From contig NC_057758.1 in NCBI RefSeq assembly GCF_004010195.1, positions 4,828,043 through 4,892,042 of the forward strand: a DNA stretch of 64,000 nucleotides, given 5' to 3'. The notes beneath the pieces are model-generated. The model was not told where the DNA came from. It made no database searches and worked only from the letters and a program-made list of their open reading frames with translations. A program made the position numbers and the translations under genes. Shown piece by piece: positions 24,601 through 38,696 of the stretch; position 1 is the first letter of the stretch; each line of letters begins with the position of its first letter. The DNA is from Chiloscyllium plagiosum (lineage: Eukaryota).

Positions 24601-27600
24601 TATCAACACTCCCCTATGGTAGCTTCCCGTGCACTTACCAATTCACTTTATCCCTTCTCAAAGTACAAGGCCCCAAACACACAGTCCAAGTTAAGCAACA
24701 TTTCACTTCAGTCTATTGCCATTGCTCCTCACAGTGCAATCACTTTTACATTGGTGAGTCCACACAGAGAAAGCATTGAGGAACACTTCCACTCTTCCCT
24801 TTAGGAATAACCATAGCCTTCTCATTGTGTCCCATCTGCAAGCTCTAATACTAATATTTCGGTCCTGGGCTGCTGCAATGTTCCAATGAAGCAAAACCGA
24901 TTCTCTGGTAACACATCACTTTACACTTTTGTACTTCACCGTTTCTAAGACTGAGTATGCAATTCCATAATTTACAGTCTGACCCCATTATGACTGTTCT
25001 ACATTTTTCATTGTCTCCCCTCCCCCATAACAGTTTACCACCCAGAATTCCTAATATGTTGTGTGATTTATCATATTCATCTTGCACTCAATAGTGAAGA
25101 CCGGATTCCCCCATTCACACATTCATTTACACAAACTTTACATCTTCTCCTTTTGCACCACAATTAAAAGCCTGTTTGTTTTAGGCACAACGTTTAAAAA
25201 AAACGCAACACCAGATTATATTCCAACAGATCTATTTGGAAGCATTAGGTTCGGAGTGCTGCTCCTTTATCAATTGATTGTGGAGAATACAATTGTAAGA
25301 CACAGAATTTATAGCGAAAGTTTACAGTGTGACACAGCTGAAATTATATGTTGAAAAACACCCGTATTGATTCTTTCATATGTAAATCGCAAAAAAACAA
25401 AATTTCAGTTACGTTCTCAAGTGCACTTTAACAATTGATGTCATGTTGGCCCATATAAGGTATTGAAGGTGTTAATTCCCTGTGAGGCTGTCTGCGCCAC
25501 AATGGTCAGACTGATTCAAATCTTTTAAAAATGGATTTGTACGATTTTACATAGATTCTTGCAGCAAATGAAAATGTAATTCTTCAAGTTCAAATTCACC
25601 ACACAAACTTATATGTGAATGTATGCGTGTGGGGCGTTGAGGTGGTGGTTATGAGTTTCTGTGTAACGGTGTGTGTATGTGTGTGAGTGTGATTGTAAAG
25701 GGATTTAAGTCTTTGACAAGATGTGTGTGGAAATGTATGTGTGACTATATGAGATAGAGTGTGTGTTTGTGTGTTTGTGTGTGCGCATCTGTGTCTGTGT
25801 GCGTGTATGTGTATGTCTGTGTGTAGATGGTGCAATGGGGTCACCAAGGTCCCGGTTGAGTCCATTCCCATTGGTACCGAACTTGCCTATCAGCCTCTGC
25901 TGAGCCACTTTTCATTGTTGCCTGTCTCGAAGTCCGCCTTGGAGGATGGTCACCCAAAGGTCCGAGGTCGAATGTCCTGGACCGCTGAAGTGTTCTCTGA
26001 CGAGGAGGGAACATTCCAGTCTGTTGATTGTTCTGTGGTGTCCATTCATCCATTCTCGTAGCCTCTGTTTGATCTCTCCAATATGCCATGCCTCAGGGCA
26101 TCCTTGCCTGCAGCGTATGAGAGAGACAACGTTGGCCGATTTCGCTTAAGTACCTGCCACATACAATGGTGGGATGTATCCCCACGCATAATGGTGATGT
26201 CCGTGGTATATTTTGGCACAGACAGCTTCACAGGTAGTTAACACTTCAATACCATATCTGGACCGAAATGACACCAATTGTTAAGGTGCACTTGAGAATG
26301 TAACTTTTAAAAATAAAGTTTTGCAATTTTTGTATGAAAAAAATCCGCGTTTTTTTCAATGTTTAATTGCAGTTACATCACAGTGTAAACTTTTGTTGCA
26401 AATTCTTTACAATCACAATCTTATACTCCACAATCACCTGATGATGGAGCAGCGCTTAGAAAGCTAGTGCTTCAAAGTAAACGTGTTCTACTATGACATG
26501 GTGTTGTCTGATTTTTAACTTTGCCACTCCAGTCCAACACCGGCATCTCCAAATCATGTTTAGGCACTGAACAGCTACACAATGTGTTTCTGATCAAACC
26601 TCCTCCACTTCTATCAAGAAAGTTAAAAGGCCATTTCCCAATCATTTTGTGTTCTGAAGAAGTGTCACGCTTTTTCTCTATTTGTCTGTCCACTGTGATG
26701 CATCCTGACCTACTGAGATTATCCAGAAATGAACAGGCACAGAACATATTATCAAAGAAATGTGAACACTGGAAATCTGCAAATGGCTGGAGTAACTGGG
26801 AGCTTTAAAGAAGGGTCACTGGACCAGAAAGATTAACTTTGTTTTCACTGCTCAGATGCTGCCTGATCTGCTTAGCTGTTCCAACAATTTCTGTTTTTAA
26901 ACAAGTTCCAAAGACGTGTGTCAACGCCTCTCAAACACCCTGTCAAACATGGAGCGGCATCCAACGGAAGTGAACAATGACACACGTGCACAAGTTAACT
27001 GGTTCTCCATAAGGCTGGCATCACTGCCACTACAGAGGTATTAATCATGGTCATGGAGAGAAAGAAAAAAACACTTTCTTTTTAAACACAGAAGATGGCA
27101 CTACTGGAAGAAGGAAAGATTCATTTTAATATGTTAGAGGATCCTGATGAATTTGAATTATTGGAGGCGTGCCACCATGGAGACAAGAATGAGAATATTA
27201 AAATGTTACCACATCAAAAAACAGTTTGGATCGCACGGCTGATGGACGAATGCGTCTCGAAGACAATTGGGGAGCAGAACTTTATTGCACGTATTGAATC
27301 TCAAAAGTGACCAATCACGTGGTGAAGTAGACAACAACAGCAACTGAAGCAAATTTGCACTCAACCACACTCTGAAACTTTTCTGCCCATTCTACCATTA
27401 CAATCAAACCCGTGTATGTTTCAGTGATGAGTGTAATGGAACATAATAGGATCAGAACCATGTGTACCTAAAAATGATGTCAACTACTTAAAGCTACCGA
27501 ACTTGACCGATTGCATTCCAAACAGCAGAATTAACATTTGATGGAGAAGGCGAAATGATCCCATGACTAACTGATCAAATCTAAGCACTGCAGTCCTGCC

Positions 27601-27965
27601 ACGTGCTATCATAAATGGTGATGAATGACAGCATAATTCACTGCAGCAGATGGACCTACAAATATAGGTGGTTCTTGAATAACAGAACCACCCTGCCCAT
27701 CTGTGTAAAGGATAAGCATGTAATATCTACACCATGCTCAGCCAGAAGTGTCGATTGGATGTTCCACCTCACCCTGGTTACGATTTCCACAGAATTACAG
27801 ATGCCAAACATCAATTGATTTCGTTCACTCACGTGACAGCAAGGAACAGCTGAACACATCAGATACGACAATGACAATGGGCCTTGACACTATTCCAGCA
27901 TTAAGACCGAAGACGTGTACTGCGAAATAAGTCAAAATAATCCATAGGTTCTTTATGCAGAGAGT
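18677..27965 (+). repeat. Segmental duplication, copy 2 (same LINE, CR1, PLE and SINE mosaic as copy 1)
   Basis: Starts at tgtgggttgacccagaatgcc (equals 7624) and matches copy 1 up to ttctttatgcagagagt. Confidence 0.95.
24294..24590 (+). mobile_element. HE1/V-SINE (duplicate of 13568-13866)
   Basis: Same head, V-domain, tail and flanks. Confidence 0.9.
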
Positions 27966-28155
27966 GGTAAGGGCATGGAATGCCCTACCTGCTAATGCAG
28001 TCAGCTCAGCCACATTAGGGAGATTTGAGCAATCCTTAGATAAGCACATGGATGATGATGGGATTGTGCAGGGGAACGAGCTGACAGAGTTCACAGATCA
28101 GTGCAACATCAAGGGCCGAAGGCCCTGTTTTGCGCTGTACTGTTCTATGTTCATT
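27940..28155 (+). mobile_element. CR1-type 3' end fragment
   Basis: QRVVRAWNALP, then gggccgaaggccctg..tgttctatgttc tail. Confidence 0.8.
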
Positions 28156-29579
28156 GTTCTACCTGGAGAATCTATTTCTTTCTATCAAATCTGTCATCCA
28201 CATGCAATGTGGAAAATTACTCATCTAACTCCAGTCCCTTTAGAGGGAAATCATTGAATTATAACAAATTAACCCCCCCGCCCGCCCCCGCAGTCTCATT
28301 GCCATAGTCAAATTGGTTTGAGTTGTTTTTGACAGAACTGACAAACAGAACAGAAATTACCTGCTCACTGTGGCTTTTGACAGGTCATCAGGCGGAGATA
28401 GTTTTGTTGTTGAAGTTTCACTGGATTATTAATCCAGGCCAGCCTAATGATCTGGCAGCTAATGGAAGTTAATAACACTTAACAAAATGTCGATACCTCT
28501 AATCTGGTGTAAGTAATCGTGACCGTGATGTCAATATTGAATGTAATGATCAATGTTCCTGCCCAACGTACTTTCAGGAAGCACATCTTGTGTTTTCCTT
28601 GTCTGGCTAAAAGTTACTCCAGACACACAGACATGTGATAAACTCTCAATGGTCTTGAAATGGCCAAGCAAGACACTCAATTGTATCAAAGAGCTCGGGG
28701 TCCTTAGAGGATAAAACTGGACAGAACGCCCTGCACCAGCTTCGGTATCAGAAAAGGGAACGGGAGCACAGTCCTGTCGACCCTGCAGAGACTGCCGTTG
28801 TAACATCTGAAAGCTCGTGACAACATTAAGAGAGCTTTCCAATAGACTGCCCAGATACATCAGGAAATGAGTAGGCCATTTAACCCATTGACCCTTCCCC
28901 ATTCCAGTTCATGGCTGAATATCTCTTCAATGCACTTTTCTTACATAATGCATATATCATGTATCGTGATCATCAGAAGAAATTGCAAAGCTTGCACTGC
29001 AGTAGTCCCTTCGTTCCAACAATTTTGCTCCCCCATTCAATATAATGGTGGCGGATCCTCTTTCTCCACACCGTAATCCTGCTCTCTTTTCACCTTTTTA
29101 GTGTCTTGAAATGTTTATTTATATTCACTGCCTTGGTTTCCAAAGCCTTACGTGGTTTATTCTCATTTCAATGTAAAGGGACCTGCATGTACTTAATGCC
29201 TTGGTCCTTTAGTTAGACATCCTAGCCCTGGGAATTATCATCCCTGCTTTGAATTTGTCTCGCCCTGTGAGAATTTTATATATATCGCTGAGATGTCCAT
29301 TAGTTTTCCTTAACCTCAGGGAACACAGACCAGTCGACCCAAATTCTGCTCAAACAACAAGACAGTCATCCCACAGACGAGAAACAAAAACTGAAATGGC
29401 TGGAAAAATCAGCAGTTGAGGAAACATCTGTGGAGAGAAATCACAGTTAAAGTTTCAGGTCTAGTGATTCTTCCTCAAGACTGACAGCAGCTCAGAAAAG
29501 GTTTTTTTTTATTACTCAGAAAATGGTATTGCAGAGGGGGTAAGGAGTCAGGATCGGACTGGTAGAGATCGGTGCACGT

Positions 29580-31500
29580 CAGGTTTGTCCTTTAGTGGCT
29601 GACGAGACCACAACGGCACACAATGCTGCACAATGTTTGAAATGAGTTCTCACCAAGTCCCTGCATAGTTGCGGAAAGACAACCTTAGTCCTGTGCTCAA
29701 AACCCCTTGAAATAAAGATAAAAAAACAAATTATCTCACTAACTGTTTCCTGTTCCTGCAATTTTGCTTTCAGTTGTGGTGTACAAGGCCATGCAGATCC
29801 GTTTCAATGTTTCACATAGCCACTTTGTGAGTCGATGTACAGTGGTCAGCATGGTGGTGCAAATTATCTCACTAACTGTTTCCTGTTCCTGCAATTTTGC
29901 TTTCAGTGACTGGTGCACAAGGCCATGCAGATCCATTTCAATGTTTCACATAGCCACTTTGTGAGTCGATGTACAGTGGTCAGCATGGTGGTGCTATGCT
30001 ACCTATACAATCTCACCAAAATTCCACTCAGCTACCTCAGAAGACAATCAATTCTGTATTCTGATTCCCTTCAAATGATGCTACAATTCCATTTGTAAAT
30101 GTTCCTCCCAATACCCTTGGCTTTAATATTATTCACTACCTCACTGTGAGAGTTCTCAAAATGATTCCCCTGAACATCCAACAATATCACATCGACATGA
30201 TTCCTATTGTTTCTATGTACGGGAACTACCCTAAAATACTTTCAAAAATAAGTTTTCAATTGTAGCTTCTCGATCATAAATACGTTGCCCTTCTCCCCAA
30301 TTATGCTATTAATTTCTAAATACTGAATTAACCATTCTTTATAATAGATTCCAACAGATTCTCTACTGCAGTTGACAAGTTAACTAGTCTGTAGTTCGCC
30401 ACTCTCTTTCTACTTCCTTTCTTAAATGTTTGGATTACATTTATAACCTTGCAGTTGTCCATAATGGCTTTGCAGCCTACCTTTGCAGCATGTACAGGAA
30501 AATAGCACAATGATCCCAAATGCAATCTACATATCTATTGCTGTTTCCTACAAAATTCTGGTATGCAATACATCTATTCTTTTCGATTTGTCAATGCTTA
30601 ATCCAGCTATGTTTTGAAAAGCGTTTTGTTTTTAATTCCACATGTCCTATGTTCAGTTGTTGTTTATGACCGAGTTTCTATCCATGAAGGTAGACACAAA
30701 GTGACTATTTACTTTCCTTGTTATTGCTTATCTCTCTTCAGTTAATTTTCCTGTTTATGCATTCACTCCCTGCATTTGACCTTGCTTTCAGTTTCCATTC
30801 AAATATTTCGGTCATCTTTGTGTGCCTTGTTAGTTTGCATTCATGTTCTCGAATTTAGTTTCAGTTTATTTGTCCTCCTTGGCTGCGTCTTGAGATATCT
30901 CAGAATTCTTCACTGACCACAATATCGGTCATTTCCTTTAATCTCATGCAATCTTTAACTTATTTTGATGACCAGCGTTGAGTCACCTTTCCATTTTGTT
31001 GTTTGCCCCTTGGCACATAAATCTACGTTGAACACTATACTGCGTTTCTGTAAATAACAGATGTTCCGTGCTTTCTATTATTTTTTTCATGGACTTTTCA
31101 AATTCACTGAAGCCAGTTTGCTGCTACAGCCTTCATGGCTTGCTTGACTCAGTTTTATAACCGTAATTTCTGAAAAAGAAGCAAAAACCGTTTTGTATTT
31201 AGATACCATATGAAATTCAATATATTGTAATCAGTGCTCCAAAAATGTCCTTAAGAGCAAGACTTTCAATGAAGTCTTCTGAACACGCAACATTAAATCC
31301 AAAATAGCCTCATCTGTCGCTCAATGCCCAATATACTGTTAAAGCAGTATATGAGCATGACATCCATTTTTCACAACATTAGCACTAATTTGGGCTAATA
31401 CAGTTTGGATATTACTGGAATAGGCAATCTATTGCCGTATTGCCCACAAGCATGTATACTTAATTTCCTGTTTTGAAGCTGGCCGAACATTTGCAAAGCG
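29580..31500 (-). mobile_element. Old decayed CR1 LINE
   Basis: FKKGSRKRVANYRLVNLSTAVENLLESII and VFPQLCRDLVRTH motifs. Confidence 0.65.
29727..29992 (+). repeat. About 133-bp tandem duplication
   Basis: caaattatctcactaactgtttcctgttcctgcaattttgc at 29727 and 29860. Confidence 0.9.
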
Positions 31501-31974
31501 ATTCTGGCTTTGATATTTCACTCCTATTAGTGATTGCTTCTTCTGGCTCTTTCTAAGATCCTTCATACCAGATTCTGTGGGATCTGAGAGACGCGTGCTC
31601 TGGTGAAATGTATGGTAGGTGCATTTCGCCACAATTTATTCATTTTTCTCAGGCATCACTGTGACATTTTCACCACATCTGCCATATTGTTGGTGTAGGA
31701 GAGAGGGACAAAGAACTTTCCAGAATGCTGTGCATTTCTCCAGACAACAGAGACTGCTCGAGACTGGGTGGAAATCTGCTAGCAGGCTGCCAAAGTATTG
31801 CTGCTGTTTTAGAGGTCTCTGTGAGGTCAAATCTCGAATAGTGTGCAAAATATTAGATTATGAGCCAAACATATTGTTGCGTTTGAAAAACCACAGAGAT
31901 GGTTCCTGAACGGATTCCAGCAATGAAGGTGCTAACTAACTAGGAAAGGATTGTCGGGTTGATCTGATAGGAAA

Positions 31975-34325
31975 AAGTGAGGACTACAAATGCTGAAAAC
32001 CAGCCTCTAGATTAGAGTGGTGCTGGAAAAGCACAGCAGGTCAGGCAGTATTCGAGGAGCAGGAAAAATGGCATTTCGGGCGAAAGCCTTTCATAAGGAA
32101 TGGAGGCAGGGGGCCTCCAGTGTGGAGTGATAAACAGGGGGGGGGACTGGGGAGAAGGTAGCAAAAAGTACAATAGGTGGATTGGGTGCGTATGGAGGTC
32201 ATAGGTCAGAGAGGAGGGTGGGGGAAGGTAGCAAAGAGTACAATGGGTGGATAGAGGTGGGATGAAAATGATAAGTCAGAGGGGAGGGTAGAGAGGATAG
32301 GAGGGAAGGGACATTGGCAGGTAGGGCAGGTTATGAGGCCTATGCTGAGCTGCAAGTTTGGAACTGGGGTGAGGGGGGGAGGGGAAATGAAGAATCTGGT
32401 GAAGTCCACGTTGATGCCCTGACGTTGAAGTGTTCTAAGGCGGAAGATGAGGCGTTCTTCCTCCAGGTGTCGGGTTCTAAGGGAGTGGCGGTGGAGGAGG
32501 CGCAGGACCTGCATGTCCTCGGCAGAGTGGGAGGTGGAGTTGAAATGTTGGGCCATAGGGCGGTTGGGTTGATTGGTGCAGATATCCCGGAGATGCTCCT
32601 TGAAACGCTCTGCGAGGAGGCGTCCAGTCTCCCCAATGTAGAGGAGATCCCATCAGGAGCAACGGATACAATAAATGATATTGGTGGATATGCTGTGAAA
32701 CTTTGATGGATGTGGAATGCTCCTTTGGGGCCTCGGATGGAGATGAGGGAGGAGGTGTGGGCGCAGGTTTTGCAATTCCTGCGGTGGCAGGGGATGATGC
32801 CAGGATGGGACGGTGGGTTGTAGGGGGGCGTGGACCTGACCAGGTAGTCACGGAGGGAACAGTCTTTGTGAAAGGGGTGGGGAGGGAAATATATCCCTGA
32901 TGGTGGGGTCCATTTGGAGGTGGCGGAGATGCAGTTGATGCAAAGGTTGGTTGAGTGGAAGGTGAGGACCAGGAGGGTTCTGTCCTTGTTACCGTTGGGG
33001 GTGGGCCGTTTTGAGGGAGGAGGTGTGGGATGTGGATGAGATGCATTGGAGGGCATCTACCAACATGTTGGAAGGGAAATTGCGGTCTCTAAAGAAGGAG
33101 GCCATCTGGTGTATTCTGTGGTGGAACTGGTCCTCCTGGGAGCAGATACGGCGGAGGCGGTGGAAATGGGAGGAGGGTTGGCATTTTAGTAGGAGGTAGG
33201 GTGGGAAGAGGCGTAATCCAGGTAGCTGTAGGAGTCGGTGGGTTCGTAAAAAATGTCAGTATCAAGTCGGTCGTCATTAATGTAGATGGAAAGGTCCAGT
33301 AAAGGGAGGGCGGTGTCAGACAGGGTCCATGTGAATATAAGGTCGGTGTGGAATGTGTTGGTGAAGTTGATGAACTGCTCAACCTCCTCGCGGGAGCAAG
33401 AGCTGGCGCTGATACAGTCATCAATGTCGCGGAGGAAGAGGTGGGGTGTGGAACCAGTGTAACTACGGAAGATTGACTGTTCTACGCAGCTGACAAAGAG
33501 CCAGGCATAACTGGGGCGTATTCGGTTGCCCATGGATACCCCTTTGGTCTGGAGGAAGTTGGAGGATTCGAAGGAGAAATTGTTAAGGGTGAGGAGTAGT
33601 TCGGCCAAACGAATGAGAGTGTCAGCAGAAGGGTTCTGTTGGGGACTTCGGGAGAGGAAGAAACGGAGGACTTGGAGGCCCTGGCCATGATGGATGGAGG
33701 TGTAGAGGGACTGGATATCCGTGGTGAAGAGGAGGCGTTCGGGGCCGGGGAAACAGAAGTCTTGGAGGAGGTGGAGGGTGTGGGTGGTGTCTCGAACGTA
33801 TGTGGGGAGTTCCTGGACGAGGGGGATAGGATAGTATACAAGTAGGTGGAGATGCGTTCGGTGGGGTAGGAGCATGCTGAGACAATGGGTCTGCGGGGTT
33901 GGTCAGGCCTGTGGATCTTGTGAAGGAGTTAGTATCGGGCAATGCAGGTATCCCGGACAACGAGTTTGGAAGCTTTTCATGGGACATCGCCTAAGGTGAT
34001 CAGGTTCTGTATGGTCTCGGAGATGATGCTTTGGTGATGGTGGGTGGGATCATGGTCGAGGTTGCGGTAGAAGGATGTGTCTTCGAGTTGGCATCTGGCT
34101 TCGGCGGTGTAGAGGTCAGTGCGGCAAACTACCACTGCACCCCCTTTATCATCTGGCTTGATTGTGAGGTTGGGATTGGAGCAGAGGCAGTGGAGGGCTG
34201 CGCATTGCCAGGGTGAGGGGTTGGAGAGGGGGAGGAGGTAGACAGGTTTAGGTGGTCAATGTCTCGGCGGCATTTGGAAATGAAGAGAGCGAGGGCGGGT
34301 AATAGGCCAACGCAGGGCATTCAGG
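31975..34325 (-). mobile_element. Penelope-like retroelement (RT plus GIY-YIG), disrupted
   Basis: RT motifs LFTTDIQSLYTSI, LTLNNFSF, QTKGVSMG, FLRDIDDC, LLDLSI; C-x4-C-x2-C linker; C-terminus AQHFNS..EEERLIFRL..GIN; terminal repeat at 31975-32100. Confidence 0.9.
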
Positions 34326-34740
34326 TGGGTGGATTGTGTTGATCTAATACCCATCTGAATTTACATAAATGAAATATATTTACATGGGACACTTGAAGGA
34401 GTCAGCAACAGGAACCAACTACACAGAAAGTGGAAAATCCATTCCCCTTCTCCAGCCTGTTACACAGGAACAGCAAAAGTTTATCCAGGCCATTTGGCCC
34501 AGTTACATCAGAACAAGGTAGCGCTGCACAGCCCCTGGAGCCTGACACACAGTTTCACGAGAACACCAACAAGCCCCTCGTGTCTATAATACTGGACCCA
34601 GAGTAGGCCATGCAGTACCAATATTCTGTTGCACAGCAACATGATCAGTCCATTCTGTTTCTTCAAGTCTGGAACACAGGAACTATAAATGGCCACAAAG
34701 TAATTGAAGACTGGTAAACTGGAACAAGAGACGGGCAATC

Positions 34741-35240
34741 NNNNNNNNNNNNNNNNNNNNNNNNNNNNNNNNNNNNNNNNNNNNNNNNNNNNNNNNNNNN
34801 NNNNNNNNNNNNNNNNNNNNNNNNNNNNNNNNNNNNNNNNNNNNNNNNNNNNNNNNNNNNNNNNNNNNNNNNNNNNNNNNNNNNNNNNNNNNNNNNNNNN
34901 NNNNNNNNNNNNNNNNNNNNNNNNNNNNNNNNNNNNNNNNNNNNNNNNNNNNNNNNNNNNNNNNNNNNNNNNNNNNNNNNNNNNNNNNNNNNNNNNNNNN
35001 NNNNNNNNNNNNNNNNNNNNNNNNNNNNNNNNNNNNNNNNNNNNNNNNNNNNNNNNNNNNNNNNNNNNNNNNNNNNNNNNNNNNNNNNNNNNNNNNNNNN
35101 NNNNNNNNNNNNNNNNNNNNNNNNNNNNNNNNNNNNNNNNNNNNNNNNNNNNNNNNNNNNNNNNNNNNNNNNNNNNNNNNNNNNNNNNNNNNNNNNNNNN
35201 NNNNNNNNNNNNNNNNNNNNNNNNNNNNNNNNNNNNNNNN
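34741..35240. other. Assembly gap (500 N)
   Basis: N run. Confidence 1.
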
Positions 35241-35825
35241 TTCCAAATGAAACGTGGATGGGGTAATAAATTCCAAACTTTACCCAGGATTGATTGGTTT
35301 GCTTTGTTGTCACGTGTAACTAAGTACACAGAACAGCTTTGTGAGCAGTGCAGGCATAACGTAATAACATATACACTTAGGAAATGGATGCAGGAGTAGG
35401 TGATTCGGCCTATCGAGACCACATCACTGTTCAATTAGATCTTGAATGATTATGCAATCTCAGTATCCAATTCTGGCTTTCTCTCCATACTCGTTGATCC
35501 TTTAAGCCACAATGGCCACGTCCCGCTCCCTATTGGATATTTCTAATGATTGGCCCCAACAGCTTCCTGTAGGAAAGACTTCTTCAGGTTCACAACTCTC
35601 CAAGTGAAGAACGTCTTCCCCATCCCTGTCCTGAATGGTCTATCCCTTATAGTTAGACTGTGGCCCCTATTTCTGGAGTTCCCCAATATTAGGAACATTC
35701 TTCCTGCAGGTAATCAGTCCAATTTCACTTGGAGGTTATATGCTTCGATGAGATACTCCCTCATATTTCTGATTCCAACAAGCCCTATCCCAGTTCATCT
35801 AGTCTTTCCTTGTGTATCAGGTAGG

Positions 35826-36750
35826 TAAAAACAATGACTGCAGATGCTGGAAACCAGATTCTGGATTAGTGGTGCTGGAAGAGCACAGCAGTTCAGGCAG
35901 CATTCGCGGAGTAGTAAAATCGACGTTTCGGGCAAAAGCCCTTCATTAGGAATACGGGCAGTTAGCCTGAAGGGTGGAGAGATAAGTGAGAGGAGGATGT
36001 GGATGGGGAGAAAGTAGCATAGAGTACAATAGGTAAGTGGGGGGAGGGGATGAAGGCGATAGGTCGAGGAGGAGGGTGGAGTGGATAAGTGGAAAAGAAG
36101 ATAGGCAGGTAGGACAAGTCATGGGGACAGTGCTGAGCTTGAAGTNNNNNNNNNNNNNNNNNNNNNNNNNNNNNNNNNNNNNNNNNNNNNNNNNNNNNNN
36201 NNNNNNNNNNNNNNNNNNNNNNNNNNNNNNNNNNNNNNNNNNNNNNNNNNNNNNNNNNNNNNNNNNNNNNNNNNNNNNNNNNNNNNNNNNNNNNNNNNNN
36301 NNNNNNNNNNNNNNNNNNNNNNNNNNNNNNNNNNNNNAGGGGTGGGGAGGGAAATATATCCCTGGTGGGGGAGGGAAATATATCCCTGGTGGTGGGGTCT
36401 TTTTGGAGTTGGTGGAAATGTCAGCGGATGATTTGGTTTATGCGAAGGTTGGTAGGGTGGAAGGTGAGCAACAGGGGCGTTCTGTCCTTGTTACGGTTGC
36501 AGGGGTGGGGTCTGAGGGCGAAGGTGCGGGATGTGGATGAGATGCGTTGGAGGGCATCTTTAACCACGTGGGAAGGGAAATTGCGGTCTGTAAAGAACGA
36601 GGCCATCTGGTGTGTTCTGTGGTGGAACTGGTCCTCCTGGGAGCAGATGCGGCGGAGGCGGAGGAATTGGGAAAACGGGATGGCATTTTTGCAGGAGGTA
36701 GGGTGGGAAGAGGTGTAATCTAGGTAGCTGTGGGAGTCGGTGGGTTTGTA
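35826..36750 (-). mobile_element. Penelope-like element, 5'-truncated (contains gap 36146-36337)
   Basis: MASFFTDRNFPSHVV..NKDRTPLLLTFHPTNLRI; same family as 31975-34325; terminal repeat at 35826-35952. Confidence 0.88.
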
Positions 36751-37182
36751 CCGACATTGCTACCAGTTTGATTCATGCAATAAATACGTAGATTGAAGTC
36801 ATCCATAATGACGGCTGTAACTTCTAATTTTGGTAATGTCCCCGACTTCACAACTACTATTTGGTGAACTGTACACCAAATGCCTTTTTTCCATTTGGTG
36901 CAGCTCCACTCATGCAGAAACCAAGCTAATGTCCTCCCTTTCTGTTGTGTTAATCTCCTCCTGAACAGCAACGCCACCCAACTCCATTTCCTACCTTCGA
37001 AATTTCCTGAAAGTTGAAGAAATTTCCACTTTGAGTTCCCATCCTTGGTCCCCTTGGAGACAGGTCTCCTTGATTCCCATACATCATATCCATTAATGAC
37101 TGTCTGCACAGTTAATTCAGCCATCTTATTATCAATGCTCCTCGCTTTGAGATACAGACTTTAGGCTCTTTCTTGTGAGCGA

Positions 37183-37258
37183 TTTACCGCTCCTTTAGCA
37201 TCATGGTATAATGAGGATCTTTTACCGCTCCTTTAGCATCATGGTATAATGAGGATCT
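37183..37258 (+). repeat. About 37-bp direct tandem duplication
   Basis: tttaccgctcctttagcatcatggtataatgaggatct twice. Confidence 0.9.
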
Positions 37259-38055
37259 TTTTTCATTTTTGTTACATTTTGATATGAATTGCTTAATTAT
37301 CTGAGAAGTCATGAATGGTGCTGAACAGTGTGCAATCATCACTGAGCATTCCCGAAAACTGACTTTATGATGGAGCGAAGATCACTGACGACGCAGCTGA
37401 AGATGACTGGCCCTGGGCACTTTCCTGGGAAAGTCCTGCAGCGATAGCCTGTATCTGAGAAGACGTACCTCAGCCATATTCCTATGTGAAACCTACACGT
37501 CCAGAGTGGAAACGTGTGTCGCTGGAAAAGCATAGCAGGCTAGGCAACACCAAGGAACAGGAAAATATCATAGGGTGGAACGAAACTTGGACAGAGCAAG
37601 GCATACAGGACGTACACTAGACAAGCTCATCATGAGGGAAGTGGGTACTGAAGATGATGAAGATCAGAGTCAAGATTAGAGTGGCGCTGGAGAAGCACAG
37701 CATATCAGGCAACATCTGAGGAGCAGGAAAAGTCGAAGTTTCTGGCAGAAAAGCCCTTCATCATGACGAACTATATTACAATTAGTCGAAGTTCGAGAGT
37801 CCATTTATCAATCTCATGGGGCATTCATAATAGTTAATGTGCCTCTGCAGAACCCCAAGGCGATTGATCTGAATGTACACTCCTCACATTAATGTGCAGT
37901 CGGTGTGTGATCTTGCACTGAATATCTTGTTTTACACAAACCCCAAATCAGCCAGCATATCTTGCTTCTGAAACAGTAAGACATTCCCGCCAGCCTCTGT
38001 CTTCCATAGGGAACACAGGTATGTCTTCTCGGAGATGGAAGATGCCTCCTTGATA

Positions 38056-38696
38056 TTTATGGACTCGACCAGACTCCCTCAAAAATATCTTAAGAAGGTA
38101 GCCTAGATTCTAACGCTTTCTTATTTTAAAGGCAGATGTAAAGTCTCTGATCCAGATGCAATGTGATTAGTCAAACTACTCAGTAATAAGTTATGCACAA
38201 TCTATTTAAGCCTTATAGTCAAAATATGACAAACAAAGTGTAATTCAGAATATCTTTATTGGAATACATCACACAATAATAGATACAGTAACTATTGCTA
38301 ATTAGCTGTTCAAATATTAGAACATCCCATAAATAAGTCTCTTGGTAAAAAGGAAAGTTCAGACACAGATTCTCATAAACACTTCTCCAATTCAGGAGGA
38401 AAAAAACAGAAAGAACACGAAGAGAAAATTCGCAGTCAGTACCAGTAAGGAGACATTCACTGAAGCCTCTAACTCTGATGAGACCCCAATAGCTTCCGAA
38501 GTTACTGAGAAATGAAAACCCAGAAATCCTAACTTGTGTTAGCTGGCCACATCAATTCAAGCTGCATTACAATAAACACAAGGCCTCCAAAGTTGTTCAC
38601 TCATGTGTTCTAACTGGACAGCTTGGTACCTCTCGTTCAATCTCTCTCAGAAGAAATCAGGACAAAATTACTTCTTAACGCTGCGGTTTTGTCACA
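38056..38696 (-). mobile_element. Solo LTR (same family as 39509-40084 and 60768-61400)
   Basis: Minus strand starts tgtgacaaaaccgcagcgttaagaag and ends gagggagtctggtcgagtccataaa. Confidence 0.65.

Noticed and set aside
31650-31860. Defensin-like fragments (DCSRLGG.., KYCCC) after an acceptor-like site
   Set aside because: The motifs are in different frames, no six-Cys pattern can be built, and there is no leader exon
34380-34740. Minus-strand CVRLQGLC..CC looked defensin-like
   Set aside because: Contains stops and wrong spacing; better explained as a decayed aacaggctcgaggggctgaatggcct-type repeat (similar to about 57700)
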